DNA of 64,000 nucleotides from Lama guanicoe (taxonomy: Eukaryota): contig MU053482.1 in NCBI GenBank assembly GCA_013239625.1, positions 1,587,168 through 1,651,167 on the forward strand, written 5' to 3'. This document shows, piece after piece, positions 45,941-58,230 of this stretch; within the stretch, counting starts at the first letter, position 1; every line of letters begins with the position of its first letter. Made by a program: the position numbers and the translations under genes. Below the pieces are notes generated by a model. That model ran no database searches, was not told the DNA's origin, and saw only the letters and a program-made list of their open reading frames with translations.

Positions 45941-48460
45941 CGCCTCTTCCATCCATTCTCTTCACAGCAGCCACACTGCTCTTGTAAATGTGGCTGAGAC
46001 AGACCTCAGGTGAAGTTCAGAGGTGTCTAATTCCCCAGGATGAAGTCCACTCTTCCACCACAACCTGTAGGCTCATCATGACCTTGCCTGACTCTCCAGC
46101 TCCACCCCGGCCCCACCTGGGCTCCCTTTGCACTTGCTCTGCCCCCTATCTGGAGAATAGCCCCTTTGGCTGGCTTAGCACCACTCCTCTAGATGTAGTC
46201 TGCATGCTGCCTCTTGAAAGGTACTCCTCTACCACAATCCCACAACTTTCTCCTACTAAGCGTGTCTCACCATTTTGGACTTTGTTTACCCTCTATTGGA
46301 ACACAAGCTCTGTGTCTGTTCTGCTGGCTGTCACATTCCTAGATCCCAGAGTGAGACAAACAGAGCAGGTCCTCACTAAATGATTGTGGCAGGAGTAAAT
46401 GCATGGAGGCTTGTAGGACAACTACCACAAGACACTGGACATCATGAGTTCCTCAGGGGTCACTGGGGTCCTTTGGAGAGGGGCTGGAGGGAGGGAGCAC
46501 ACCAGACAGGTTATTTAACTCATTCTACAAATGTTTAGTGATGCTTAATAAGTGCCAAATCTAGTATAAGATGCTAGGGGTTCAGAAATAGATAGACTGT
46601 GCCCTCTGCCCTCTGGGTTTCAACCTTACAGTGGAGACACAAAAATAGGAAATTATGACAAAATGGAATACCTGCTATAAAAGAGATAGGAACAAGTCCT
46701 GGGAAGACAGCAGAGGGCATGCTGAAATCTGCCTGAGAGCTAGAAAGAGAATTCAGTCTTGAAAGACACTGGGAACTGATGGAGCACAAAGAAGAGCTGT
46801 GAAGAAAGGGATGAAGATCAAAATACTACTCAGTTTTACAGGGGCCTGTGTATAGGGAGTTGTGTTTCCAAGGACACAGCAGCCCAGGGGTAAAAATACG
46901 GTTGCAGTAACAGCCAGGACAGTACTTCCGTTGCCCTGCCTTCTCTGTGGGGACACCTGCTTCCTCAGCTCCTCCCAGAAGTTGTCGGGTGTCTCACTGG
47001 TCTTCTGAACCTGGAGTTGATTGAGCATTTTGAAATTTCAACTAAAAACATTTTTTAACTAAACATCATAAAATAATACTTATCTATACCATTATGTCTT
47101 CAAAAATCTTACTTTGAATAATTTCCTAAGTTTCTAGGATGTGGACAAACTCAAAGAATTTTTGAGTGCTGGACATATGGGTCATTTCCAGTATTCCATG
47201 GTGAACAACAGTGTGCAGACATGCGTGTCAGGCTTTCCATTTCTTTGGGATGATCTGTGTCAAGTGTCGCCTGGGAAGCACAGCCTCTGCACGTGAAGGA
47301 GACTGCATCACGGTGTCCGCTTGCCCTCTCACCACTGCGGATGGAGGGAATAGGAAGCTGAGACAACATAATCCCACCTCTGCCCTCTGGGTAAGTGCCA
47401 TAACCTCTCCATCAGCCAGAACCAGAGGCACTGTGAAAATGAGCTCAATCAGAGTCTCTGGAGAGCCAGGGAGGTTCTAGGTATGTGGAAATCTGAACAC
47501 AGTCGTGTTCCTAACTCCAGCCTATCTATGCTCTCAAGCCTGTGGGTTGCTTGGGTGCAGGAGAGGTCCTGGGCTCTGCTGGAGCCCCCAGAGAGAGAAT
47601 TACTTAAAACTTTGTCTCTGGTGGGCCGGGGGAGTGCTGGGAGGCTGGGACAGAGGGGTCTCTGGCAATGACCAGAGAGTTCTGGATCCTGTGGAGAATG
47701 TGGCCCACAGCCACGAGTGGACCCTTGAGGGAATCAAGTGTGGGGTCTTCCTGGATTCTTGCTCTGGCCAAGAAGGATTGAACAGGTAAACTGAGTCATC
47801 CCACCCTCTGAGACAGGGCTTCAGCAGGGGATTGGCATCTTGCTTGGCTCTGCCTGGACCACCCCACGTGGAGAGACCATTTCACCTTCCGACACCCATG
47901 GAACTTCCTACGACAGCCAGGCTCTATTAAAGCCAGCCTTGCTCAAGCCTCCTTGAGGAGTCAGGGAATCCGTTCTTACTTCAGGTTTATTTGGCACGGC
48001 CTATGACTGTGACATCAGATTCTGAGCAAATCTGATGAGGAAATTAGCAGTTCTCCCACATGCTAGCCATGGTCAGCATTTCTAGGAATGTTCAACAGGG
48101 CCCTGCCAGAACTGAGTTGCTTCTCGCTGTAACGTCTAGGAGTCCATACACGCTCAGTAACGCAAGCTCCCACAGGGCTAACAAAATTCCGGTTGTGCCC
48201 CCCTTTCTCCAGTGTTTTCTTCCAGAAGGGTAAAAACAGTTGCATTTGGTGATGATCTAGGCTGTGATTAGGTTTGTTTGTTCCATGATGGTCTGTCTGA
48301 TCCATCCTGGTCTATCTTCTGCTTCATAGGGTTGTCAGCCCTGTGCTCGTGTTTCTATCTCATGATGATGGTCATCAGTTTTATAATGGTCTCTGTCCCG
48401 CGATGTTGGTCCTTCCGTCCATGGTAATGGACCGCTCTATGCCTGCGGCTTTCTGAGTCA

Positions 48461-48479
48461 TGGCCACCAGAGGGCGTCC
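48461..48479 (+). promoter_or_regulatory. CTCF motif, forward orientation
   Basis: TGGCCACCAGAGGGCGTCC; abutted upstream by AP-1 TGAGTCA (48454-48460); possible upstream-motif variant CTGCGG at 48443-48448. Confidence 0.6.
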
Positions 48480-49104
48480 ATGCACAACTTAAAGTCTTGG
48501 TTGCCAATTCACGTTCCTTTTCCGGAGTAGTTTTACAAAGGCCTGGTAAAGAAAAAGCACCTCCTGCTTTGGAGAGGCTAGACTGGTGCAAAATAGGAGA
48601 CCAGAGCTTCTTGAGATGCTTCTTGGTCACCTTTGAGCCACAGAGTGATGACACCCAAGTATCTTACTCCATTCCCCACTCCAAAATCATTCCAAATAAA
48701 CACTCATTTTGAAAACATGGTTTGAAAAGTTTTCAGTAAATTTCCTAGGGCCGACTCTCCTTCCAATCAGATTTTAATGTACAGGCCCCTCTATACAGAA
48801 ATCCTGGAGCGTCCACTTACCAGGAGAAACCCTGGCCCAGACCCTGACTACCAGACTGAGGTTTCTGGGGCTTTCTGCCCAAGGAAGGAGTGGTGCAGAA
48901 GGTCAGACTTAGTCCTAGGGCCCCTGTGACATAGCCTGGCCTCTCCAGTGTTACTAGAATTTGGGGCAGGCAAGTGAGGGGCCCTCACCAAACTCTGGAG
49001 GTTAACAGAAAATCACATCTGAAGAGTGCTCAGCTGACTGCAAGGTACAAGAGACAGGTGAGGTAAGGGTTAGCTGAGGATGGAAACCCCATATTTAGAC
49101 CAAA

Positions 49105-52100
49105 AATTCAGCTGGAGGGGGGACATACTCAGAACATGTGACAGGGATTTGAGGGGAAGGAGGTTTATGTGGAAGGTGATCTGTATGAGATTCCTACAGT
49201 TGTCAAAAAAAAGTACCACAAGCTTAGTGTCTTATGGCAACAGAAATTTATTCTCACAGTTGTGGAGGCTGGAAGTCTGACATCAAGGAGCTCGCAGGGT
49301 CAGGCTCCGTGTGAAGCCTCTAGCGGATGCTCCTTCCTTGCCTTTTCCGGCTTCTAGCAGCCCAGGTGTTCTTGGTTTGCAGCAGCAGTGCTTCACTCTG
49401 CCCCCGTCAGATGGCATCCTCCTGTGTGTCTGTGTCCATCTCTCCCTCTTCTTGTAAGAACACCAGCCTTTTTCATCTTAACTGAATTACATATGCAAAG
49501 ACCATATTTCACCAAATAAGATCACGTTCCCAGGTACCAGGGAACCCATAGTATGCTCCGAAGCAGCAGAAGTGGATGAAGACAAGGAATGGAGGGAAAC
49601 CAATACAATCTAAGTAGGGTATTAAGCTGTCATTTCCATTCCACTGAGAACTCTTTAAGGAACTATTGAAGAAAACAAACAAACAAACAATTCCCCCACT
49701 GAATGACTTGAAGGCTGGAACATTTAACCAGTTCTCCCATTGGTTGAAGAATTTCTTAGGAAGTTAACTTCCTCATACTGATAGGCTGCTTCTGTGGCTG
49801 GGCTGAACATCTTTCCCCAGCTAATTAGGAGAGCTTGAAGTGGGATGTGGGATGTTAGCACTGTGTGTGGAGCCATCCACCACAGCTGTGCTGAAGTCAG
49901 GGAGGCCATAGGCGGTGGCCCAGGGCAGCAAAGGTGTCTGTGAAGGTACATCCCTTACATCGCTCAGCTCTGCTCATACCCTGCAACGAGTCTACTCTGC
50001 TGCGCACTCTTTAAGGCAGCGGTCAGCTGCAAGCTCTTTGTTTTTAAAAAAAAAAAAAAAACTTTCAACAGCAGATAATAGTTCCCCTGCTACGGTTGCT
50101 CCTAAGACACGATTAATATTTATCATCTCCTTTCCCCACAACCCAGCCACCAAAGCTGGTCTGAATTGCTCTTCCTGAGGGTCTGGGGCCTTATCAGGCT
50201 CTGTTGGCCGTGATTGCCTGGTCACTGCCATCACCAGGTCTGAAAGCACCAAGAGACACTCCAGCATTTTGTGAATGCCGTCAAGCAGCAACAGCCTTTG
50301 CCTCCTGTGGACACTCGGGGTGATTGCTCCATCCAGTACGGTAACTCTCTGTACCTGATAGTCCATCAACATGAGGAGCCCCAAGTGGAAAATTTCCTGT
50401 GTTAACCAGTGGAACATGTCCCCCAGAGAATCAGAACCTCTAATCCAGCAGAGCCAGTCACAGAAATGGGAAACAGTTTCTGCAAGGAGGTCACCAGGGT
50501 AACGAGGAAAGGAGTCCATCCTACTTTCACCCGTTGGCTTCTTGGCCTGCGTATTCTAACTACTGGATTACAGCACTATACTCGAGCTGATAGTTAAAGG
50601 CATATTCTACATCCTGGAGGACTGTGACCTAATCCACAGGGTATCATCCCAAAGCCGACTCCTTAGCTGAGCTTTTAGAAGGATGTTCTCTTTCCTACTT
50701 TCTATTCTTTGTTTCCAAGTAAGGAAGTGTATGGTAAGACCACTTGTTTAATAAAACGATTGTCACACATCCTTTACCATAAAATACACCCTTCAGCTGA
50801 GATTTCACTCTACAAGATCCCAGATTGATAATTAGATATTCCATAAGTCATTGGAGGAGCACTACAAGCATGGAAGATAAATCCATATTCAGAAAAGTTT
50901 TCGGTTCCAGTAAGGACATACTGCTGCCCTCTCCAGGGTGGAAGGAGTCTGATGCAATTAGTCGACCATGTGTTGGGCAGTCCTCTCAAGGACTGAGGTC
51001 ATGATAAGGATCCAGCCTCTGTGATGAGCATTCAGCAGCAGCAGTAGGTAAAACAGCCTTCATGACCCTGTCACTGGATCCATGCAAAGCTTCCATCACT
51101 GCCGCGCTCCCACTCTGATCGTGGGCCCAAGCATTTTGTTGGTTGAGGATAGAAACTGATGAATATCCACAGAGAAGTCATTCCGTGTGCCTGGGTGGTG
51201 AGTGCCGCCTCCACTGCAGCTGAGGTTTTCTGATGAGCATTGACCTGAGCCTCAAAGGTCTGCACAATCTGACGCCTCTCCTGTTAGTCCATCCACATGC
51301 CTTTTCCCAAAACTTCCTTCTCCAATATTCCAGTCAGGTTTTATCCAGGCCTCTGACCAACCAGTTGAGTTACTCTTTGCTGCCCAGAAGTCCATGTCTA
51401 TTCTCACCTCAGGCTATGCCTCCCTGCATGCAAAGCTGATGGCCAAGTGTACTGCCCACTAGGAGGACGTCTGTCACCACTCACCTTTTAGGACTTGTCC
51501 CAAGTGGGTGTGTGGTATGGCTGAAGTTCATTTTGGGTTTTGTACCATTGTATCAAGCCTACCCATCCATACACCAGGTTCCAAATGTTTTCTTCCTACA
51601 GCCGTGGTGCTCAGGAACCCCTACGTGTGTGAGTGTGAGCTGAGGGAGCAGGTTGGTGCAACGGCAGTGTATGACTTGAAGTCTGAACCACCTTTCCTTG
51701 CAGGTTACTTTTGCCCTCTGAACCTGTCCCCAGTGTACCATTGTCATCGTACAACGAATCGCCTATTTCAGACAGCTGACCTGGTGAACATAATCACCCA
51801 GTTTATAACTGGTGCCCAGATTGCAATGGGCACTTCTAGTCACACAGTGTCTCCATGTCGCACTTTTAGCTCTTCACAGGCTGTGCTTGGACCCCATAGC
51901 GCACCATGAGCTGCTTTTTCATATTTTCAAATATGAGTGGTTCTGTGATGCAGAAGGCATGGCTTAGCTCTCAGACCTAAAAGATCTCCTATTGGAGCTT
52001 TCCACGGACTCCACAGAGTGTTCTCATCTAACAGGCCTCTGGCAGACTTTCAGGCCATAGAACCCAAGAGTCAGGGCCAATGGGACCTGCTGAAGATGCC

Positions 52101-52910
52101 TTTCTTGCTTTAGTCCACATTTAGAACTGAAATAGACAGCGGTTTCTCTTGTCTCATATAATAAATCCTTTCCAACCTACCTACCCCCCTGAGACCCCTC
52201 AGTAAACTGCCAGTGTAGTTCCTTTCTTAGGTTGGGTTCCCCAGAAACAGATGCTGAAGTGAATACTCAGGTGCAAGTAATTTATTAAGAAAGTGCCCTA
52301 GTGGTATGATGGTGAATGTTTAACAGCTGGCTCTTTAGGAAGAAAGCCTTGATTTATAGCATTTGATAATTTCCATGACTACTCCATGGCAAATGTTCCC
52401 ACCAAGGCCAATTTAAAGCTACCAATGTGACGTTTCTGAACATGGAGTTGGGAAGAGATACTAACAGTTGGCTCTTGGTACTGTCCAGCTCCAGCACACT
52501 GCTGAAATGCTGGTACAGAATACAAGAAAAAGAGTGGGTGCAGAAGGACAAGGAAGTGAAGCAAGAATGTGATCTCAGACAACATCCCGCAGAAGTCAGA
52601 GTCACCTGATCTTACAGGGAGACTGGGGTACACGTTACCCCTCGGTGTTGCATGTGCCCAAGGCAAGGATGCTGCACTTTCAAACCCCTGCACCTGTCAG
52701 GTGTTACAGACAAAGCACCCAGGGTGGATATAAATTCCTAGGTACCTATGGCTGGCTCTGTCCCTCTGAAGAAGAGGTGCAGGTGTTGGGTTTGAGAAAC
52801 AAAGGTACATGAAAGCTGTTGGTGAGAGTGAAAGGTGGGCAGGACACACCTAGGAACAGTAAAAAGAGACCCAAAAGGACCTGAGTGAAGCACCAGTGTT
52901 GTCCCCTACA
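49105..52910 (-). mobile_element. Ancient, internally deleted ERVL-class provirus (LTR - internal relic - LTR) with nested MLT1 (49182-49553) and MER63-like (52298-52503) insertions
   Basis: Minus-strand peptides VNAHQKTSAAVEA (RNase H-like, ~51200-51250) and HLGLLML..QRVTVLDGAITP (ERVL dUTPase-like region, ~50320-50390); related LTR-like ends at ~49105-49180 and ~52215-52300. Confidence 0.55.
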
Positions 52911-53036
52911 CCACCTCACTGCAGGAAGGTCACCATATGCAAGCTTCAGGGAGCGGTCATGGCAAATGTATTAGACCAGCTCCAGCTGCCCTTGCCTGAG
53001 CTTTCAAACCTGAATCACTGGACAGTGCTCCCAGGT

Positions 53037-53510
53037 TGTTGCTGTACCCCACAGCCCAATTGAGAGTTGGAGACAGAGTTTTGGGAGGATAGAAAAGAAC
53101 AGCTTTATTGTTTTGCCGGGCAAAGGGAGTCACAGCAGGCTCATGCCTTGAAACCTGCCCATCTTGGGGTTGGGGCCTTGAGGTTTTATAGAAAAACTGG
53201 GTGGAACAGAAAAGGTGGTAACAGTCAGGATATTTTACAGGGTATTAACACTCTTTTCATCTTGATAAGAACTTGCTATTGTTATGGAGGATCTTAGGAG
53301 GGTCTGCCCATTTTCTTGAGGTTCAGTCCATGACTTTCTTTCAAGGCCTCTAGGATAAAAAGATAAGTTATTCTAAGAAAAGGATGCACAGGGAGGGGAG
53401 CATGTTAGTCATAAGATCAATTTAGCTAAAAGTACAGGCTGGAACAACTCAATAGCCTTCCTGCCAGTTTCCTGGCCTTTCAAGGTCAGTAAATTCTCCC
53501 CTGTGTAACC
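53037..53510 (-). mobile_element. ERV solo LTR (ERV1-like)
   Basis: TGTTGCTG start; GAGACAGAGTTTTGG..AGCTTTATTG..GCCGGGCAAAGGG reverse-R-region pattern; right boundary approximate. Confidence 0.45.
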
Positions 53511-55954
53511 TGATACTCCACTCTCCCCAGCCCAATACCCTCAAGAGCTGCTCCCACATTTATTCTCCGTGTTCCTACTACTGTGTATCAGATGCGGAGA
53601 ACCCTCTCTCTGAAAGAGGACAGAGTCCTCTATCTGTCTTTGGGTGATGTCCTTTCTAGCTGAGTCACACTCCCCTTTTGATACGATGTAGCTTAAATCC
53701 TGAGATGAAATTACTATTTGCATATCTTGTATTAGATGGTAAGGGAATGAGAGAGATGAAGGAAATAATATTGCTTCATATATACACAAACATATTCATA
53801 TCAAGAGAGGAAGAGCTCTTTCTACCAGCAAGGGAGGCTCAGCATAATTTAGAGGTTCAAGGCTCCCAAATTCATCAAAATCTGCTCAGGTGTCCTCATC
53901 CCAGTTTTCAGGTCCTGCCCATCCCCTGCCTCTTTAATGAGACTCTGGGAGGTTGAGACTATAATTTGCATTGTAATTCAACCACCCACAGCACTAGTCT
54001 TTGGATTTAGGTTTAGTTTTCAGAAATGTTGGCCCTGAGGCTAACCATATTTTCCAGGGCAACTCTAGAAGCTTGTATGTCCCTTACAAGGGCTGAGACC
54101 TTGGACTAGGAATTTAAAACATAGTTCATAACCATTTTTCCCCCAAGCTCTCCATCTGCACATAGAAGCAGATGATCAGCCCCATTATACTCTGTCTTCA
54201 CTGAGGTGTTCCATGGCCGCAGCGACTTGGTCATCCAAAGCCTTGTCTCTTATAGGCATTTGACTGCAGGTGTCTATAGATGATAATCTGAGTGACCGTT
54301 TTGTTTCTGCATGCCATGTTCTACCACTGTGGCCTTTACCTATGGAAATAGGGTTGTTAATAATTTAAAACCTAATCAGAGTCAATGTTGGGTAATCCAG
54401 AACCAATTCAGAGACCCCGTCCTAAGTTCTGTCCCTCTGGAACCATTTGACTGAGTCAGAGGTCAATCAGAGTCAGAAGAACCATGAGTGATATTGAGTA
54501 AGGAGTTTACCATACAAGTTAGACCTTATGAAATTGTGGGAGCTGGTGGAGCTGTCTTCAAGAAGCTGAAGGGAAGATTTGGCAAAAGCTGGAGCGTGGT
54601 CGCTGCCCCATGCCGTCAAAGCAGATCAGCCACAGCATATGGAGCTGCCATAGTGCCTGGTCCCTGCACAGACTTTCAGAGCATGTGTGTGCATGTGCGT
54701 GCACGCGTGCACAAACACACACACACACGGCTGCTGCCTCACGTCCACCTTCCATATCTCATATAAACTATTTCCTGGAGCCATTATAATACAGAACCAT
54801 ACAGGGAGGGGTGTTCTGGAAAACAGTTCCAGCTTAGCTAATTTGACATGTACAAAGGCACCATGTGCTTAATGGCCAGATCTTCTTTGGAAAGTTGAAC
54901 CAGGAAGCAAGATGTGAGAGAGTGGAAAGACTGATGCAAGAAAATGAGGTGGGTGGGGTGGAAAGAGCCTAACTGAGTTGGTTACCTCTGCAGCAGCTGG
55001 GGCTCACTCCTGCAAGAACACCATGAAGAGCCATGTAGAAAGGACAACCACCAGTTCCCCACCAACTGGGGGTTTGGGGGTTTGTCCTGGGGTAACTCTC
55101 TTATACTTCCAGGCAGCACCTGTGCCTGTCCAGGCTCTGCATTTCCTTCAGAGAAATTCCTGAGCCAGAAAAGCAGAAACACCATGGCAGGTTCTTCAAG
55201 TGGGATGCCAGTAGTATGCTTAGAACTCTCCACAACAGCTGCACTGAAATCCGGTGGGTCCAGGGAGGGGGCACAAGGCACCACAAGCCTTGTTGCAGAG
55301 GGCTTGACTCCTAAAGGATTTATTGTGATAGCAACCCAGGTATCGCTCCCATCTGTTAAGGAAGAAACCTGCACAAGGCCTCAGAGAAACTTAGAAACAA
55401 AGGGAAGATTTGAACCCAGGATTCTTAGGCCCAGACCAAAAGGTGCTTTCTGAAGGTCTGCAACCTAAAAAGTATGTGTTTACCAAAAGGAGAGGGATTA
55501 AGTGATATGCATTTTGAACAGCAAAGGTGGTTGATACCTCCTGCACTAATGGGGCGTAGGATTATGGGGATCTCTGCGCAGGTAGGTAGAGTTTGTGAAG
55601 GTCTTGGCCCAGAAGACAGCACCTTCAACTGTGGTGAGACCAGGCACAGTGCCCTGGGCTGAGATGACCAAAGCTACTGGTGGTGCCTCCACTGGCCACT
55701 TTTGAGCCAACAGCACTTGTCCTAGAACCCCACCTGCACTCCAATGCACAAAGGGATCTTTGCACATCAGCATTTCTTCAGGGCAGTGGATAGGTTCCCA
55801 CCTCCACTGCACTGCCCTTTGGGGCAGTGGAAATCACATTTAAATCTGAGATTCAGCCAGTGGAATCTTTTTAGCAGGAGCAGCCAATGTCATTGATGTT
55901 GCTAAGTTACCAAGTTGGGGTCTACCTCAAGATGTGACTCTTAGCTCCCTTGCA

Positions 55955-56200
55955 GGACCTTTGGTCCTGTCCAGAACATCTGTGAGCATAGTTGTCCATG
56001 CTAGATGGTATGGGACAGGACCAAATACCAAGGACCTTTTGGCTTGGACCAAACGTCTCCATGGACATTTTGGACAGGACCTAATATGACCAAATATCAA
56101 TGGCCTTTTGTGTGGACCAAATCTCTCATGGATGTTTTGGACAGGACGAAATGACATGAATTTTGGACAGGACCAAATGACGTGGAGGTTTTGGACATAG
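55955..56200. repeat. Degenerate array of (TTTT)GGACAGGACCAAAT-like units with one inverted copy
   Basis: Full units at ~56013, 56068, 56135 and 56161; partial units at 56046, 56114 and 56189; inverted unit at 55960-55986. Confidence 0.8.
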
Positions 56201-57109
56201 CCCAGCTCTGCAGGCAGTACCCAGAGAAGCATCACATACCTTCTGCAAGCTGTGAGAGGGACTGCTTTGAAGGTACGATACTACTTTGTAGATGTGGGTT
56301 CTAATGGGGGCCAGTCATCACCTTAATATCCAGGGATAATAAGGCAATCTAGTTGGCTGGTCTGAACCCAAAAAAAGAAGCCAGAGGCCAGTGACAAACC
56401 TTCTGGGTCTGATTCTGCACTCAAACTGTGAACCAGTCAAGGGAGTCCATGTCACATTCTCACTCCCAACCGAAGGTCTGGCAAGTCAGAGCATGTCACC
56501 ACCCTGCTTAAAAAGCCCTTCAATGACTTCCCACAGTTTCTAGGATATAGACCAGAATCTTGTGGCCTTCAAGGGCCTGTATCACTTGCCTCCAGACCAG
56601 TACTTCAGCTGCTTCCTCTTTCCCTCCACCAACACCCTTGGGCCATGGATTCCAGGTCCAGTGTTACCCTTTCTTTTCCTTGAACTTACAATATTTCTTT
56701 CCACTTCAGGTCCTTTACTCATGCTGAGCTCTGTGCCTGAAATTCTCTCATCCCCAACTTTACCTAATTAACTTATGTTAATCATTCAGATCCCAGCTCA
56801 AATGTTACTTCCTCAGGAAAGGCATTTTACATCTCATCAGACTAGACCAGTTCCCTGAATCCCACCTTTCTGCATTCAATACTTTCTTGTCATAATTTTA
56901 AACACAATTTTTAATTATATATTGAATACAAATGCTATAGTAATAAAACTAGGTAAGCAAAAACAGAACTTTCCTTCTATTTCCCTCTTACAAACAGCTT
57001 TTTAACATCCATTCCTACCAATGACAGTAAATTTAATCTTGCCAATTCAGGCATTTCTGGCAGGTGCCCGATCTTACTTGGGTGAAGAGTCAATTCGGGG
57101 TTCTCCCCC

Positions 57110-58230
57110 TGCACAGAAAGGAGTAAATATAGCAGGTCTGAGGCTGCGATCCTTAGGAAGGCGTTTTTGCAAGGCTGGCTCTTGGCTAACATCTGGGAAT
57201 TGGGATTTCGGGAGTGTTCCCCCCATTTCCTGAATGGCTTACTGTGTCTAATATGTTTACAAACAATATGGTTTATGGTTTCTTTTAGGATTCTAAATGT
57301 TTGTACATTCTAGGCAAAGGGTGCCTATGCAACCAGCCCCCAATAAAACCTGGGGCATTGAGTCTTCAGTGAGCCTCTCTGGTAGACAACACTTCACACA
57401 CGTTGTTACAACTTGCTGCTGGGGCATTTGGTTTGTCCTGTGTGACTCCACTGGGCGAGGACCCTGGGGATGCTTATGCCTGGTTTCCTCCAGGCTTCAT
57501 CCCATGAGTCTTTTTCCTCTGCTAATTATCTTTGTATCCGGGCAGGAAAGGGCTGACTCGGCAGGCCTGCATTGCTTATACCCTACACATTCCCCCAGAA
57601 AGTCTTGTCTTCAGGAGTGGTCCTTAGCCTGGCTCCTAGGAGATGACCTCTGGCCCCCTAGAATACTCTGCCTGATAAGAGTGTTTATATCCCCGAGGCT
57701 TTGGGCCATGCTGTACCAGTTTGACCAGATAAGTTTATTCTAACAGAATGATCTGTGGTGACTCCTGTTTCTGGTCTGGAAAAGCAGGGAAATTGTCAGG
57801 TGGCTGAGATCAGTCAGACAGGCATTGCACATCAATGTGACTTACCCTCTGTCATAAACCTCGGACACCAAGGCTTGGGTGAGAGTCCCTAGTTGGCAAT
57901 GTTGTTGCTGGAGAATTACATGTGTCCTCATGGGACTCCACTGAAAGTCTGCGTGTGATTTTTCTTGCTTTGCCCCAAAGCCTTTTCCCTTGGCTGACTT
58001 TAAGCTGAATCTTTTCACTCTAATAAACCATATCCAGGAGGATAAGAGCTTCTTTAAGCCCTGTGAGGAGTCCTTCTAGTGAATCATTGAGCCTAAGGGT
58101 GGTCCTTGGGACACTGACATAGTATCCTTACCCTGTAATAAATCACAGTCACAAGTAACAACTACGTACTGAGCCCTGCAACTTCTCTTTGCAAATCATC
58201 AAACCTGGGTGTAGTCTTGGGGGATCCTTG
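57110..58230 (+). mobile_element. MER68-like LTR interrupted by a MER77-like LTR (~57533-58119)
   Basis: Outer start TGCACAGAAAGGAGTAAATATAGCAGGTCTGAG; inner start TGTATCCGGGCAGGAAAGGGCTGACTCGGCAGGCCTG and end GGACACTGACA; the outer element resumes with GTATCCTT..TGTAATAAATCA. Confidence 0.65.

Noticed and set aside
49992..50519. 175-aa minus-strand ORF as a host gene
   Set aside because: Lies in degraded ERVL internal sequence and runs through a poly-T tract; no splice or promoter support.
55955..56200. CRISPR-like repeat-spacer appearance
   Set aside because: Mammalian DNA, degenerate units, spacers related to each other, and no cas genes.
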